Positions 23,401 to 36,707 of a DNA stretch of 64,000 nt are shown here, piece after piece (within the stretch, counting starts at the first letter, position 1; each line of letters opens with the position of its first letter). The notes below the pieces were generated by a model. The model made no database searches. It saw only the letters and a program-made list of their open reading frames with translations, and was not told the origin of the DNA. Source of the stretch: Neovahlkampfia damariscottae (Eukaryota); the NCBI GenBank assembly GCA_016618085.1, contig JABLTG010000104.1, positions 1 to 64,000 of the forward strand, written 5' to 3'. A program made the position numbers and the translations under genes.

Positions 23401-26351
23401 ACTTTATTTGATGAATTTCTTCCAGTTAGAATGACATCACTCAATGATAGAAATAGTTATCATGACAAACGTTTAAGATGTTTAAAAATCTTTAAAAATG
23501 TGTTAAATTGCATTCCAATTGACGACACAAGAAAACCAGCTTTTTATGAAAATGTTCTCAAACTATTACCATTTATTCACAAAACTAATGAAACTTTAAT
23601 TCTAGAAATGGAATTTGATTCACAAAAAATCACTTCTTTGACTCGTGAAATAAAAAAGTTTCAAATGGAAACAACTGAAAGAAATGATATTTCCAGAAAA
23701 TTAGAACCATTTCAAAAACATTTCAATGTATGTCATTCACATAAAATTATATTATTATCATGTTTACTTTCATTAATTTCAAATTTAAAATCAAATATTC
23801 TTGAAAATGTAATTTCATCAACATATGAATTAGTAAGTCAAATTAATAAAATTCAAAGTTTTACAAAGAATCATGTTTATGAAATCTTGATGTTTATTGA
23901 TTCTTTAAATGATATAGAAAATGTAATTCCTGAATATTGGATTTCATTCAACAAATTAATGTATCAAAATATTTTGACTTCCTATGAAAATATTAATGAT
24001 TTCTTAATCAAATCAAAATTTGATAAACTTGAAACAGTTAGAATTTGGAATGATTATTTCTTTTCATTATTCAAATTTATTACAAATCCAAAAATTAATC
24101 CTGCAAACTGGAATTCTTTTCAAATAGAAAAATTGAAAGAATGTTCATTCAGAGAAAAAGGAATTCAAATTTTTTCTAAATCATGGGAATTACTAGAAGA
24201 TTTACAAGTGGAATTTGTTCCATTCTTGATTGAATATATTCTTCCTTTGTTTAATGTAAGTTTTAAAAAAATTCAAATTTTTAAATAATTAGTTAATTGA
24301 AAATGAAAAAGTCAATAATACAATAATAGATATTTATTATGGTGTCTTAGCCAATGAATACTCAAGTAAGACATCATTAAAACAATGTGAAGGAACAACA
24401 CAAAGATGTATTGTTTCTTCAAATATGACTCCAACTGTTACAAATAAATTTATTGAAATGTAAACAATTTGATTAATATTAAATTTATTTTTAGTTTGAA
24501 AATGAAATTTGAAATTGATGAACAATTAAAAGAACCTGGAATTGAATTTATTGAAAGAATTAATGAATTACTTTTAAATATTAAAGATGTTCATAAATTT
24601 TCAGATGAAGAACAAAAAGCTGATGCATGTGTTAAAGTGATGGTAATTTTTAATTTCAATTAATTTTTAGAATTATTTTATTGAACATAATAATTTAGAT
24701 TTATATTTTAGTTATGTTCATAAACTTTCTAAAATGCATCTTTATTTAGAGAATTATTCTGAAGTTGCTCATTGTTATTTATTACATTTAAAATATATTG
24801 GAAATAGTAAAGATATATTACCTGCAGTTGGTATATTTCCAAAACAGACTGAAGGAGAAAGAAGAGAATCATTATTAGAAAAAGCAATGATGTATTTAAC
24901 TGAAGATGATGATTGGGAAAAAGGAATTGAAGTTGGAAAAGAATTACAAAAATATTATGAAGAAACTTATCAATACTCAAAATTGAAACATTTATTACCT
25001 TTAATGGGTGAATACTTTGATTCAATCTTAACAAAATCAAGAAGAAAAAAATCATACTTTAATGTTTTGATTTTAGGAAAAGATGCAGATGATAAAGGTG
25101 AATATATTTATAGAGAGAATAAAATACTATTAACTGAATTCATTCAAAAATTAAAATCAACAAGAAAGAATTGTGAAGTGATTAGAAATATAATTAAACC
25201 TGAACAATATGATGAATATAATTCAAGGAATGGTGTTTTTATTCATATTTCAACAATGGAAACTGCATATGAACATGAAATGGTTGATTTTGATTTTGCA
25301 ATTGATAGAAATGTACCTCCACAAGTAACTGAATATGAAACAATTAACAAAGTAAAATTATTCAAAAAATCAAAGAGATATAATCTTTATCAACAATTAA
25401 CTGGAAAAAAACCAAAAAATGATTATAAACACTTGTACAGAGATACAATTTTTAAAATTACAGAAACTGATTTTCCTTCCATTAAAAGAAGATTAAAGGT
25501 TATTGAAACAAAACAAATCACATTAGATCCATTAGAAAATGCAGTTAGAGATATTGAAGATAAGATTCGTGAAATTACATTGAGAATGATTACAGAGAAC
25601 AAGGTTGAATTAGAAAGAGTTTTAACTGGAACTATTGATGCTGCAGTTTTAGGTGGAGAAGGAAAATATATTGAAGCATTCTTTTCTCCTTATTTTATTA
25701 AAACAGCAAATGATTCTCAACTTCAAAATTTAAAGAGATTTCAAATTGGATTAAAGAATCAATTGATCATTTTAAAAGAAGCAATGGATGTATTTAAAAG
25801 AATTATTCCAGGAAGAGAATTATTGGTTCATTTAGCAAGTAAGTTAAATTCAATTTTAATTTTTCTCAGAGAAATTAAAAGAAAAAGAAGATTTCTTACT
25901 TCCTGTGTTTCAAAATAAATTAGATAGGGAAGCAATATCTGATGATATTTTGGATATTATTGATCAAGAAGAAGAAGATCTTAAGTTGGCTGGATCAAAA
26001 GAAAAATTGAATCAAAAACTTCAATTAAATTTAGGAAAAGAAGATGGAACCTCTACAAGTAGTTCACCATCTGAATCTTTAAATCCTTTGATCAGTCCCC
26101 GTGGATTTGTTCCAGTTTCAAAATCATTAGAAAATCAATCGAGATCAGAAACTGGAAAAGTTACACCAAGAGAATTCTCTTTGAAATCTTCAACGGATAT
26201 TTTTAACAAGCAAAAAAATTCACCATTAAGTTTAGGTATTTTATCACAAGATATCAGTTCTGAATCTGCTGTATTTTCACCAAGAAAAGAAAGTAAGCCC
26301 ACAAATCAAAAACCAGATCAAGAAGTATTTCAAGATTTGAGTTTCTTATAA
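20420..26351 (+). CDS. DOCK-family Rac/Cdc42 GEF (DHR1 and DHR2)
   Basis: RNDIYL, YTTAVQFH...PTWNEMIRL (DHR1); DPLENAV, LTGTIDAAVLGG..KY (DHR2); about 11 introns. Confidence 0.9.
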
Positions 26352-26359
26352 AAATTTTA

Positions 26360-27501
26360 TTAATATCCATTCAAGTCTTCTTCTTCTTCTTCACCTGAAT
26401 GTTGAATCAAACGAGCAGCTTGTTTGATGGATGATACATATCTTTCATTTGATGATTTTTCAACATGATAACATTCTTTTATTTTGATATCATTATCAAA
26501 TTCTTTTTGTTCAAATCTTGTTATCAAAAAGTGAAACTAAAAAATGAATAATTAAAATTATATTTTACCAAAAATGCATTTGCATAAATAAAACCAATCA
26601 TCACTAATACCAATGTATGTTGTTGAATGTATGAAGTTGCCATCATTAACATTGTTTGAATTGGTGAAAAGAAACAAAATAAACTCTTAGCAAAATCAGA
26701 ATAATCCCAAATTGATAACTCCCATATTTCTCTTCTATAATGTTCAAGAAATACTTCTTGTCCTTCTTCATCTTCATCTTCATCATTCTTTTTCTTTTCT
26801 TTTTTGATTTCATCAACATCTGGAACAATATCTTTTAATGGAGTACCACTCCAAAAATGCTCTGGTGGACTATCATCTTTTTTGATTTTTAAAACTGCAT
26901 GTCTTTTTGATTTTGGTTTTAATTTTTCATGTTCAATCTTTCTGAAGTATTGTAATGTTAAGAAATGAAATAACAAAGCAACACTATTAAAAAATTAACT
27001 TTGAAAAAATTAAAATTACATTGTAAATACAACTCTGTAGATGCATGAAAATGAACATCTTGGTTGAGTTATTCTATCAAATTCACTTTGGAATTCGTCT
27101 TTTTTTATTCTTCTTAAATTTGGTGTTTTGACTAATAATTTGTATCTTGCAGAGTTTGGTGTATAGAAGGTTTCATTATGAGATGTTGAAGCATTGAAAA
27201 TCTATTTTTGTATTATTAATTTTTTTTTTTTTTACTTGAAACTTTTTTACTCTTGTGAAGAAGAAATATGCATTGATAAAACTTAGAACGATCAAAAAAT
27301 ACAAAACAATAGGCTAATGGTTGTGAATGTTTGTATAAAAATTACCTTGACGGTACCCAAAACTGCTAAAATTGACAAGGCGTTACAAAATATTATAAAG
27401 AAGATAGACAGCTGCTTAAAGTATATATTTTCTTTTAAATTTTCCAATTTCATGGAAAGTTCTATTTCAATAATCTCGTAAATTTCGCTGAAGATGGTCA
27501 T
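26360..27501 (-). CDS. Nuclear rim protein Nur1/Mug154-like (DUF2418)
   Basis: Spliced: SFINAYFFFTRVKKFQIF...EIWELSIWDYSDFAKSLFCFFSP; four introns. Confidence 0.65.
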
Positions 27502-27517
27502 TTGGTCTGTGTAGTTG

Positions 27518-27529
27518 TTGGCGCGAAAA
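27518..27529 (-). promoter_or_regulatory. E2F-type site TTTTCGCGCCAA
   Basis: Matches the E2F consensus TTTSSCGC, 16 nt upstream of ATG 27501. GC-rich words are rare here. Confidence 0.5.
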
Positions 27530-27698
27530 AAAAACAAGGTGATTCGATTGGTCAAAGTAAAAATAGTATTTTAGAGAATAAGAAACCAATATATTTCGTT
27601 TTAAGACCGAAATTCGGTTTCGGAATTTCTTTCGGAAATAAAAATTCCGATTAAATGTTTTATCCAATCAAAAGTTTACAACAAACAACGCACATTAA

Positions 27699-28745
27699 AT
27701 GTCTTCAAGCACAACACAATATTTTTGCCATCAGTGCAGCAAAACTATAATCCCTCAAAATTTTCAATGTCCAACTTGTAAAGGTGAATTTATTGAAGAA
27801 TTAACCGAAGATACTCAAGATATTTTTCAAACACCAAATTCTCAACAACAGAGTCAACCATCAAACCAACAAAATAGTTCAAACAGTTTCAACTTTAATT
27901 TTGGACCTAGCTTCAGTGGAAATGTTTCATTTCAAAGTTTCTCTTCAACTTCAAGAAACGGACAAGGTACAACTCAATTTCAAAGTACATCTTCAGGAAA
28001 TCAACAAGATCCATTTCAAATGATGTTTTCAAATTTACAAAATATGCAACAACAACAACAAGGACAAGGAATGAATGGTGGTCAATTTCCTTTGAATGAT
28101 TTAATGAATTCTTTCATGCAAAGTTTAGGAAATCCACAAACATTTCAACAACAACAACAACAACAAGGTCAAAATTCATTACAATTTGGTGATTATGTTT
28201 TTGGTAATATGGATGAAGTTTTGAATCGTTTAATGCAACAAAGTCAACCAAAAGGACCTCCACCAACTTCAAAGAAAGCAATTGAAGAATTACCTGAACT
28301 TGATATTACAAAAGAACATGTTAAATCAAAAGAAACATGTCCTGTTTGTACAGATGAATTTGAATTAAAAGGAAAAGTTCTTCAAATGCCTTGTAAACAT
28401 ATTTATCATAAAGATTGTCTAATTCCTTGGTTGGAAAGAAATAATACTTGTCCTGTTTGTCGTCATGAATTACCAGCTGAAGAAGAAAAAGAAAAACCAA
28501 AAGAAGAAAATAATGAACAAAATAGTCAACAACAAAATAATCAACAAAATCAAAGTTTTGTCAATCCATTGATGAATCTATTTGGAGGATTTCAACCACA
28601 ACACCAACAAAACCAACAAGTTCAAAATCAAAACCAAAATCAAAACCAAAACCAAAACAATTCAAATGGTAATAATAATAATAACAATAATGATTCAAAC
28701 AATAATTCTGATAGCAATGGTGGTTTTTTCAGTTATTTTTGGTAA
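27699..28745 (+). CDS. RING-H2 E3 ligase, RNF115/RNF126-like
   Basis: N-terminal YFCHQC...CPTCKGEFIEE zinc ribbon; GPPP..K..IE.LP; CPVC...CKHIYHKDCLIPWL...CPVCR; Q/N tracts. Confidence 0.9.
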   Translation: MSSSTTQYFCHQCSKTIIPQNFQCPTCKGEFIEELTEDTQDIFQTPNSQQQSQPSNQQNSSNSFNFNFGPSFSGNVSFQSFSSTSRNGQGTTQFQSTSSGNQQDPFQMMFSNLQNMQQQQQGQGMNGGQFPLNDLMNSFMQSLGNPQTFQQQQQQQGQNSLQFGDYVFGNMDEVLNRLMQQSQPKGPPPTSKKAIEELPELDITKEHVKSKETCPVCTDEFELKGKVLQMPCKHIYHKDCLIPWLERNNTCPVCRHELPAEEEKEKPKEENNEQNSQQQNNQQNQSFVNPLMNLFGGFQPQHQQNQQVQNQNQNQNQNQNNSNGNNNNNNNDSNNNSDSNGGFFSYFW

Positions 28746-28894
28746 AAAAATGTTCATGAGAAATGTAAATTATAAATACAACTTTATTTGTTAATCCAAT
28801 GAACTATTTTACTTTCAGTTGGAAATATTAAATGACCAATCAATTTCTTTTTTAACGTTTTTATTCCTTTGTGCAATCAAATAAACAACAATTT

Positions 28895-30263
28895 ATGAGT
28901 TACCATCTTCAATACCTCTCCAGAAGAGATCAAGTAAAAGAAAACATTTACTCTAAAATTACCAAGTTAATAGATTATGTCAAGACCTCAGTTCGTGATA
29001 ATCAATCCATTCAAGTAGCAATGGAAGAGGTACAAAAATTATTTGATGAACATTATGAAAATGGAAAAGAAACAAAAGAAAAAGAAGTAAAATCAAAACT
29101 AGTTGATTTGGTACCAGCAATGAGTAAATTAAAAAAAATTTAACACAAAATTAGAAAAAGCAAGATTCTTCACAAAACTTGACATTTTGACAGCTTTAAA
29201 AGAATATGATGAAAAATATTTTGTTAGTAAAAGAAAATATATAAATATGAGTTTCAGAGAAGTCAGACATATTTTGAATACAGCACAAGTTCATTCAATT
29301 TCACCAAATATAAAACTCATTACTTTAGATGCGGATGGTACTCTATATGAAGATGGTGATAATATTGATGAAACAAATCCTGTAAAGAAAGTTATTATCA
29401 ACCTTTTAGAAGCAAATCCAAATTTGAATATAGCTATCATAACAGCAGTAAGAATTTAATTTATTTTTTATTTCTAAATGTATAAAAGGCAGGATATCAT
29501 CATCAAGCAACTAGATATGAACAAAGATTTGAACATTTATTACAAGATTTATCAAAATGTGATGAATCAGTTAGAAAAAGATTTTTTGTAATGGGTAAGT
29601 AGATATTTTTGTTTTCTAATTTCTTATAAAAGGTGGTGAATGTAATTATTGTTTTTGTCCAAATGAAAAAGGAAAATTAGATGAGTTAAAAGATGATGAA
29701 TGGAAATTAGATGAAATGAAACAATGGAAAGAAGAAGAAATTGAAAAATTTTTAAAGGATGTTTGTGATAAAATAACAAAAGTAGCAGATGATATTAATT
29801 TATCTTATAAATATAAATTAATTAAAAAACCAAGAGCAATTGGATATAGTGAAAAAAAAAAAAAAAGTTAAAATTTTGTGATAGTTCCAAATGATCCAAA
29901 TTCAAGAGGAAGAGCTGAGTCATGTGATGAAATTTCATTATCTATTAGAAGAGATTTAAATCCTCCTTTCAAATTTTGCTCTTTTCATTCAAATGGTATT
30001 TCTTCATTTTTTTTTTTTAATTTTTTTTTTTCTTAGGACAAGTATGGGTTGATGTAGGTAATAAATCATTGGGTGTAAAAGCATTTCAACAAAAATTTGG
30101 AGCAAAATCTGATGAAACTTTACATATTGGAGATCAATGGAGAGAAGTTGGAAATGATATTGCAGCAAGGAAATCGTCATGTACTCTTTGGATTGTAAAA
30201 CCAAAAGAGACAAAATTCTTTTTAGAATTATTATTATCAGATTTCAAAAAAATAAAAAAATGA
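28895..30263 (+). CDS. ISN1: IMP-specific 5'-nucleotidase
   Basis: SFREVRHILNTAQ, TLDADGTLYEDG (HAD), GGECNY, VWVDVGNKSLG, LHIGDQ..GND; six introns. Confidence 0.9.
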
Positions 30264-30274
30264 AGTTTTATTTT

Positions 30275-30285
30275 TTATCCAATCA
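30275..30285 (+). promoter_or_regulatory. CCAAT box TTATCCAATCA (representative of a window-wide motif)
   Basis: Same 11-mer at 12330, 27660, 40909, 42198 and (reverse) 3416-3426; CCAAT core near most ATGs. Confidence 0.75.
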
Positions 30286-30290
30286 AAATT

Positions 30291-31470
30291 ATGTCTTTCC
30301 TTTCTTCTTCTTATTTCACAGCTGATGAAAGACCTTCTTTTTTTGAAATAGTTGCTCAAGACCGAATGATTCCTGGTTTAAAATTTGCATGTAGATACGT
30401 TTTAGAGGTGAAAATTTAACTTAAAATTGAAAGTTGTTTTAAAAGGTTTTTTCTCAACGATTTGAAAATGTTAGAGTTTTTTTAGATTATAATGAAGAAA
30501 TATTCTCATTTTTACAACTCATTGTTGAAAATCATTATCTTAAATATTTTGGTAAATCCTAAATTAAAAATTAACAAAGAAAAAGATGCATCATTTTGTG
30601 AACATTTGTATGGATTAAAAAGAGTTAAACTATTGGAAAATGGAAAATCAAGATCTCTGACTTCATATGAAAAAAATGTTTCATTACTTTTCACAGTATG
30701 TTGTATTTTGTTGTCTTTTAATTTTTTCAAAGGTTTTTATTCCATATTTAAAAAACAAATTTGATGAAATATATATTGAAAATAATTTAAATCCATCAAG
30801 AATCAATTCAACTTTAAAACTTAATTTCCAAAAAATATGGCCTTACTTCAACGCTATTTATGAAGCACCATTTTTTGGTTATATTTTGATGTATTTATTT
30901 AATAAAACAGATTTTATATCACCATTTATGCATTTTCAAAAACAAATCTTACAAAGAATTACATTACCAGATTTAATGAAACAAACACAAAATTTATTAA
31001 AATCAAGATTTGAATTATTAAAAAGTATGAATGAAAGAGGAGGATTTTATTATATACTTGGTTTAGTTATTAAAATAGGTCACACAGTTTCAGATTATTC
31101 AAGACATTTGTTGTTTGGTTTAGTTTTTATTTATAAATTTTTGGAATGGTGGTATTCAACTGAAGCAGAGAGGAATCAAAATCAAAATAGTTCAAAACCT
31201 ATATTACCACCTCCACCACCACCTAAAAAATCAAAAGATGGAATTGATTTACCTAAAGATTGTTCATTATGTCCTCTTTGTTATAAGAAAAGAATTAATC
31301 CAACACAATTATCAATTTCAGGTTTTTCATTTTTCTTTTTTTTTAAAATTGATTTAGGTTATGTTTTTTGTTATAAGTGTATTAATGATTATGTAAATGA
31401 GTTTCAAAAATGTCCAGTTTCTCTTTTACCTGCAAACGAAAATTTCTTGAGAAGAATTTATGATGAATAA
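30291..31470 (+). CDS. PEX12: Peroxin-12
   Basis: RPSFFEIVAQ, ASFCEHLYGLKR, KFLEWWY, PPPP, CPLC...GYVFCYKCI..CPVS; four introns. Confidence 0.93.
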
Positions 31471-31477
31471 ACTTTTT

Positions 31478-32013
31478 TTATTGAAAAAATTTATGTGTTT
31501 TATATTGTAAATATTCTTTTTCATCTAATTTAGCAGATCCTATTTTTACATCATTTCCAATAGCTTCAATAAGTTCGTCTGTGTGAAAATTGTTAATTAG
31601 TTTTTGTGACAAATAAAAAACCTAAAGAATTGAATTTTTTCTCACCTCTAATATAACCTGTTATACATAATCTTAATTCTTCATCATAAAAATCAGAATC
31701 AAATTCATGTATTAAGTATGGTTCCTTGTTAAAATTAATTTTGTTCTTTTTTTACAATTGTCTTTTTTTGATTGTTAAAATGTGGATTATAACCTATACT
31801 CAGAACTGTTTTATAAACATTTGATCTGACAGAAGCCCATCCAAAATAAACTCCTGTTGATAAACCTTCTAATTCTTTTTCAAAATTTTCAGCTGGTAAA
31901 TTTGCTTATTCATTGAATTAGAATTTGAATCATTTACCTGTTGGATATCCTAATAATTTGCTTCCTCTTTGAAAACCTTTGGTCACTTTGCCTGAAATAA
32001 AAATTGGCTTCAT
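31478..32013 (-). CDS. RFK: Riboflavin kinase (absent from ORF track)
   Basis: Three introns give GKVTKGFQRGSKLLGYPTAN...GVYFGWA...SIGYNP...EPYLIHEFDSDFY...YIRGEKKF. Confidence 0.95.
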
Positions 32014-32123
32014 TCTTAAAAGTTTGTGATTGGTTGTTCAACTCCGAATATTCAATTTTGATATTATTCCTATTTTTTCTTAAAATAAATAGTGAAAATA
32101 ACTAATTCTAAAAATATTTATTT

Positions 32124-35100
32124 TCACAATTCAATTTTCAAATCTCTCAAAATAGCTTTTCCTCTTTGATCACCCAATTTTGATGCTTTTTTAAAATCTT
32201 TCACTGCAGTGTCAACATCTTTCAAATTGTAATAAGAAAGACCACGATCAACATAACAATTAGAATCTTCATCAATCTCAATCGCTTTATCAAAATCATG
32301 AATCGCTTTTTCATATCTCTTTGAATGAAAATATATTAGACCTCTATTATAATAAGCTTTGAACATATTTTTATCTAATTTAATAGCATTTGTATAATCC
32401 ATTAAAGCTTCTTCTTCTTTTCCATCAACTTCACTCAAAATATCAGCACGGAAAAAATATGCATTTGATGAAGGTGATACTTCAATTAATTTTCCAAAAA
32501 TCTTCAATGCATTGGATAATTTTCCTTTTTCTCTATATAATTTACCCAATGATTGTAATACTTTTGGTACTTCTGAATCAATCTTCATTGCTATTAATAA
32601 ATCTTCAATTGCTTCATCATTTTTTTTTAAATTTTTTGAACAAACAGATCTTGCAAAATAATAATTCAAATTTTCAGAATTCATTTCAATTGCATTTGAA
32701 AAACATTCATGTGCCTTTTCATAATCTTTTTTTTGAACTAATTCTAAACCATTATTATAATGTTCAATATCACTTAGAGATTGTTTCAAATCTTCTTTTG
32801 CTTTTTCTTCATTTCCAAATAGTTTATGTGATTTTGATCTCAATGCTTTAATTTCTCTAATTTGATCTTCATCTTTACATAATTTAATAGCATTTGTATA
32901 ATCATCAAGAGATTCTGAAAACTTATTTCTTTGACAGAAATCTAGACCTCTGTTACAATAAACAAAAATTAAATTCTTTCTTGTAATTGATGACATTTCT
33001 TCTTCTTCTTCTTTTTCAGTCTCTTTAATGAATTTTGTATAAGCATTAATAGCTTCATCAGGTTTATTAACTTTGTCATAACAAACACCAATAGACATAA
33101 AATTATTGACTATATTATCTTTTTCAAATGATTTTAAAAAATCTTCAATAGCTAATTCATATTTACCAAGTTTTTTTAAAGAAAGAGCTCTCACACTATA
33201 TGCTTTATTCATATTTGGATCTATTGATATTACTTTGTACATATCCATAACTGCATTTAAATGTCTTTCTGCATTATAATTTAATAAACCTCTATTGAAA
33301 TATGCTTCTTTTAAATTTTCATTGAAATCAATTGCAGATGAGAATTTATCAACTGCTTCTTCCCATTTCTTTTGTTTTACAAATTCAATTCCTTCTGCCA
33401 AATATTTTGATGCTTTTTCAAAATCTTGTTCATGTTCAATTTCTTCATCATATTCTTCATCCATTAACAATTTCTTTTGTTCTTTTAATCTTGCTTCTTC
33501 AATTAATTTATCTGTTTTTTCATCAACTATCGTTGATTTTACATCTTCTTCTTCTGATGAAGATGAATCTTTTCTTCTTTTTGAAATGAGTTTTTTCTTT
33601 GGTTTTTCATCTTCTGATGAGGATGAGGAATATTTTTTAATTGGTTTCTTTTTAATAGGTATTCTCTTTGGTTTTTCATCCTCAGAGTCAGTTGATGATG
33701 AATCAGCCTTCTTGATCGGTTTTTTTATCATTTTTGGTTTGTCATCTTCAGATGATGTATCAATAGGTTTCTTCACTGGCTTTTTAACAAGTTTTTTTGG
33801 TTTCTCATCTTCTGATGAAGTATCATCTTTCTTTTGAATTGGTTTCTTCATAATTTTAACTTTCGGTTTTTCATCTTCTGAATCAGTTGATGATGAATCA
33901 GCCTTCTTGATTGGCTTTTTTTTGATTGGACTCTTTTTTGGTTTCTCATCCTCTGATGAAGTATCATCTTTCTTTTGAATTGGTTTCTTCATAATTTTAA
34001 CTTTCGGTTTTTCATCTTCTGAATCAGTTGATGATGAATCAGCCTTCTTTATAGACTTTTTTATCGATTTTGGTTTATCATCTTCTGAATCAGATGATGT
34101 GTCAACTTTCTTTTGAACAACAGATTTATTTGTTTTTTTTTCATCTTCTGAGTCAGTTGATGAATCTGATTTAATTACAGGTTTTTCTTTCATTGATTCT
34201 TTCTTTATATTTTCATCAGATGTTTCGATTTTCATTTCGACAACACTTTTTTCAATTGGTAACTCTTCATTTGAAGATGTATCAATCCTAATTTTTGATG
34301 GAACAATAATAGGTTGATGTGATTGTTCTTCTTTTTCAACAATAATTGGAATCACAGGTTCATTATGTTCCATTGGTTCTTCTTCTTCTTCTTCATCTGG
34401 TGGAGGAGGAGGAAGTGACATGATTGAAAATTTCTTTTCAAGATCATTTTCTTCTGTTGGTAAATATTCCAAATCTGAGTCTGAGTCATCTCTGTTTGAT
34501 TTTTTTAAAGGTGACTTTTGTACATCATCAATTTCTTTATGATCTTCAGGAGGTGGAGGAAGAGACAATGATGAATATTTTTTTTCTAACTCTGATTCAT
34601 CATCATCTAATTGTTGTTGTTTTATTGGTTTTTTTACAATTTTCATTTTTGGTTTTCCATCTGAATCATCTGAATCAGTTGCAGAATCATCAGCTGTTTT
34701 TTGACTCTTTCTATTCAATTTCTTTGTTTCTGAGTCTGATGCACTATTAGATTTTGCAGATTCTCGTTTTTTCTTTTCTACTTCAATTTTCTTTTCTTTC
34801 TCATCTTGTAATTTTCTTTCTAATTCTAATTTTTCTTTTTCTTGTTTTAATTTTTTATTTTGTTCTTCTTCTTGTTTCATTCTTTCTTGTTTTAATTTTT
34901 TGGCTTCAAGAATTTGTTGTAAAGAAGATGTATCAATAACATTTGGATCAGTATTTAAATAATTCTTTTCAAAAATATCTTTAAAACATGATATTATTGT
35001 CTTCATTATTTTTTGACAAACAGGTAAATGTTCCATGAATAATGATGCATTTTTTGATGTTTCTTCACTTTTGAATATAATTGGTGTAAATACAATAGAT

Positions 35101-36620
35101 AAATTCTCCGGATCCATTAATGTCATACTATGATTTGATGTAATTTGATGTAATAGAGATAATAATAAATCAAAAGATTCACGATTTTCTTTTGGTAAAA
35201 AATCAAAAAATATAATTTTCAATCTCTCAATTTTTTCTTTTTCTTGTTTAATATCATCTACTTCTAAAAAATTCTTATAAAGATCATATGTTATTAAAGG
35301 TTCTGATAAATCTTGAAGTGAAGTAATAACAAGACCTGCAATATTATGAACATCTTTAATTAATTCAATTTCAGCTGTAAAATCAATCTTTGATTTTTTG
35401 GTAATTTTAACACTTTTAAATATTTTTTGACATTTTCTTATGAAATGATTGATTGATTTATCGGATCCTGATTTTCTGAAAATACCTTCAGTGAATATAC
35501 CTTTAAATAAAATTAATATCTATAGTTTATATTTACCATTTTGATGTAAATATAATAATGATTGATTCATTATCAAAAAATATATTGAATCTTTTTTTAC
35601 AGTTGGTATATCAATTACTTCTATTTCACCATCTGAATCTGAACTTGAATCAACTTCTCTCATTGTTGATTCTCTACCTGTTAATTTTTCTTTTATAAAT
35701 TGACCTATTCTTGATGATCTTTTTTCTAGAGGTGCCAAATTATTACTTGAATTTGTACGTAAAAAACTATTACTTCTAAATGAATTTCTAACATCAGATA
35801 ATTTTCTTGGTGAATCTTTTATATAAGTACCTAAATCAGATATTTTTTGAAGAAAATTTAAACTTTTTCTATCATCAGTGTTATTTGCTTCTGGTATTGA
35901 TTGACTTTCAACTTTTTTTTTTCTTGCTTCTTTTGACATAAAATGAAATAATTTTTTTTTATCTTTTTTTTCATCTTGTTCATTTTTTCTTTTCCATTTT
36001 TTATCTGAACTCTCTTGTTCTACAACATCAAATATTCTCATTTTTACACAAACTTGTTCATTGTGGTGATAATCATTTTCTATGTGTTTCCATAGTGGAC
36101 ATTCCATAAATTTTGTATATTCTTGTACTTTTAATAATTGCAAAACTTCAAGTTTAATTTCTTTAAATATTTCTTCCAAAGGTTCATTTTTCATTTTCCA
36201 AATTGGTTTTTCGTCCCAATTTTTAGTTTCAAGCTGACCTGCAGATGTCAATTTTAATATAAATTTTGTTCTTGTTTGTTGACTTATATTTAATTCTTTT
36301 TCTGAATTTGGAAAAATAAAAGTATTCACCAACTTTTTTAGAATAAATAATTTTTTTTCATCTTTTTGATATTTTGGAAATTTTTCGCATTCTCTTATGA
36401 ATTCCATGGGATTACTTCTTCTTTCTATCTTTAAAAATTGAAAGAAAGCTTCTTCAATTTCAAAAACTTCGTAGATAGCTTCATACTTTAAAATGTATTT
36501 ATACAACTCTCTTTGATCTGTTTCTGTTGTATTTTTTACTTTAGAAATAGGTAGAGGTTTTACACCTCCAAAAAAACCAGCACTTTTTTTTTCAATGACT
36601 GTTTTGCTTTTTTTTTTCAT
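32124..36620 (-). CDS. RGS-RhoGAP-Ser/acidic repeat-TPR multidomain protein
   Basis: RGS (FIFPNSEKELNI). One intron near 35501-35536 leads into EGIFRKSG (Arg finger) and MDPENLSIVFTP. About 10 TPRs (AYFNRGL, AYYNRGL). Confidence 0.85.
33811..34049 (-). repeat. Near-perfect 141-bp-period internal duplication within Ser/Asp-Lys repeat region
   Basis: About 97-nt block at 33811 repeated at 33952. Encodes KKADSSSTDSEDEKPKVKIMKKPIQKKDDTSSEDEKPKK twice; degenerate copies flank it. Confidence 0.85.
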
Positions 36621-36707
36621 CAGAGAGTTTTGATTGGTGGAATTTAAACGTCAAACTTCTAATTTAATATCAACATTGATGAATAAATTTGGAAAGAATG
36701 TAATATT

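Noticed and set aside
28040..28710. (CAA)n, (CAAAAY)n and (AAT)n microsatellites
   Set aside because: Ordinary poly-Q/N coding tracts of the RING gene.
33590..34160. Spaced direct repeats superficially like a CRISPR array
   Set aside because: In-frame coding repeats of irregular length in a eukaryotic gene; no cas genes.
32390..34939. Antisense ORFs on + (for example 33295-33837) and many similar shadow ORFs
   Set aside because: Low-complexity mirror frames of real genes; no motifs.
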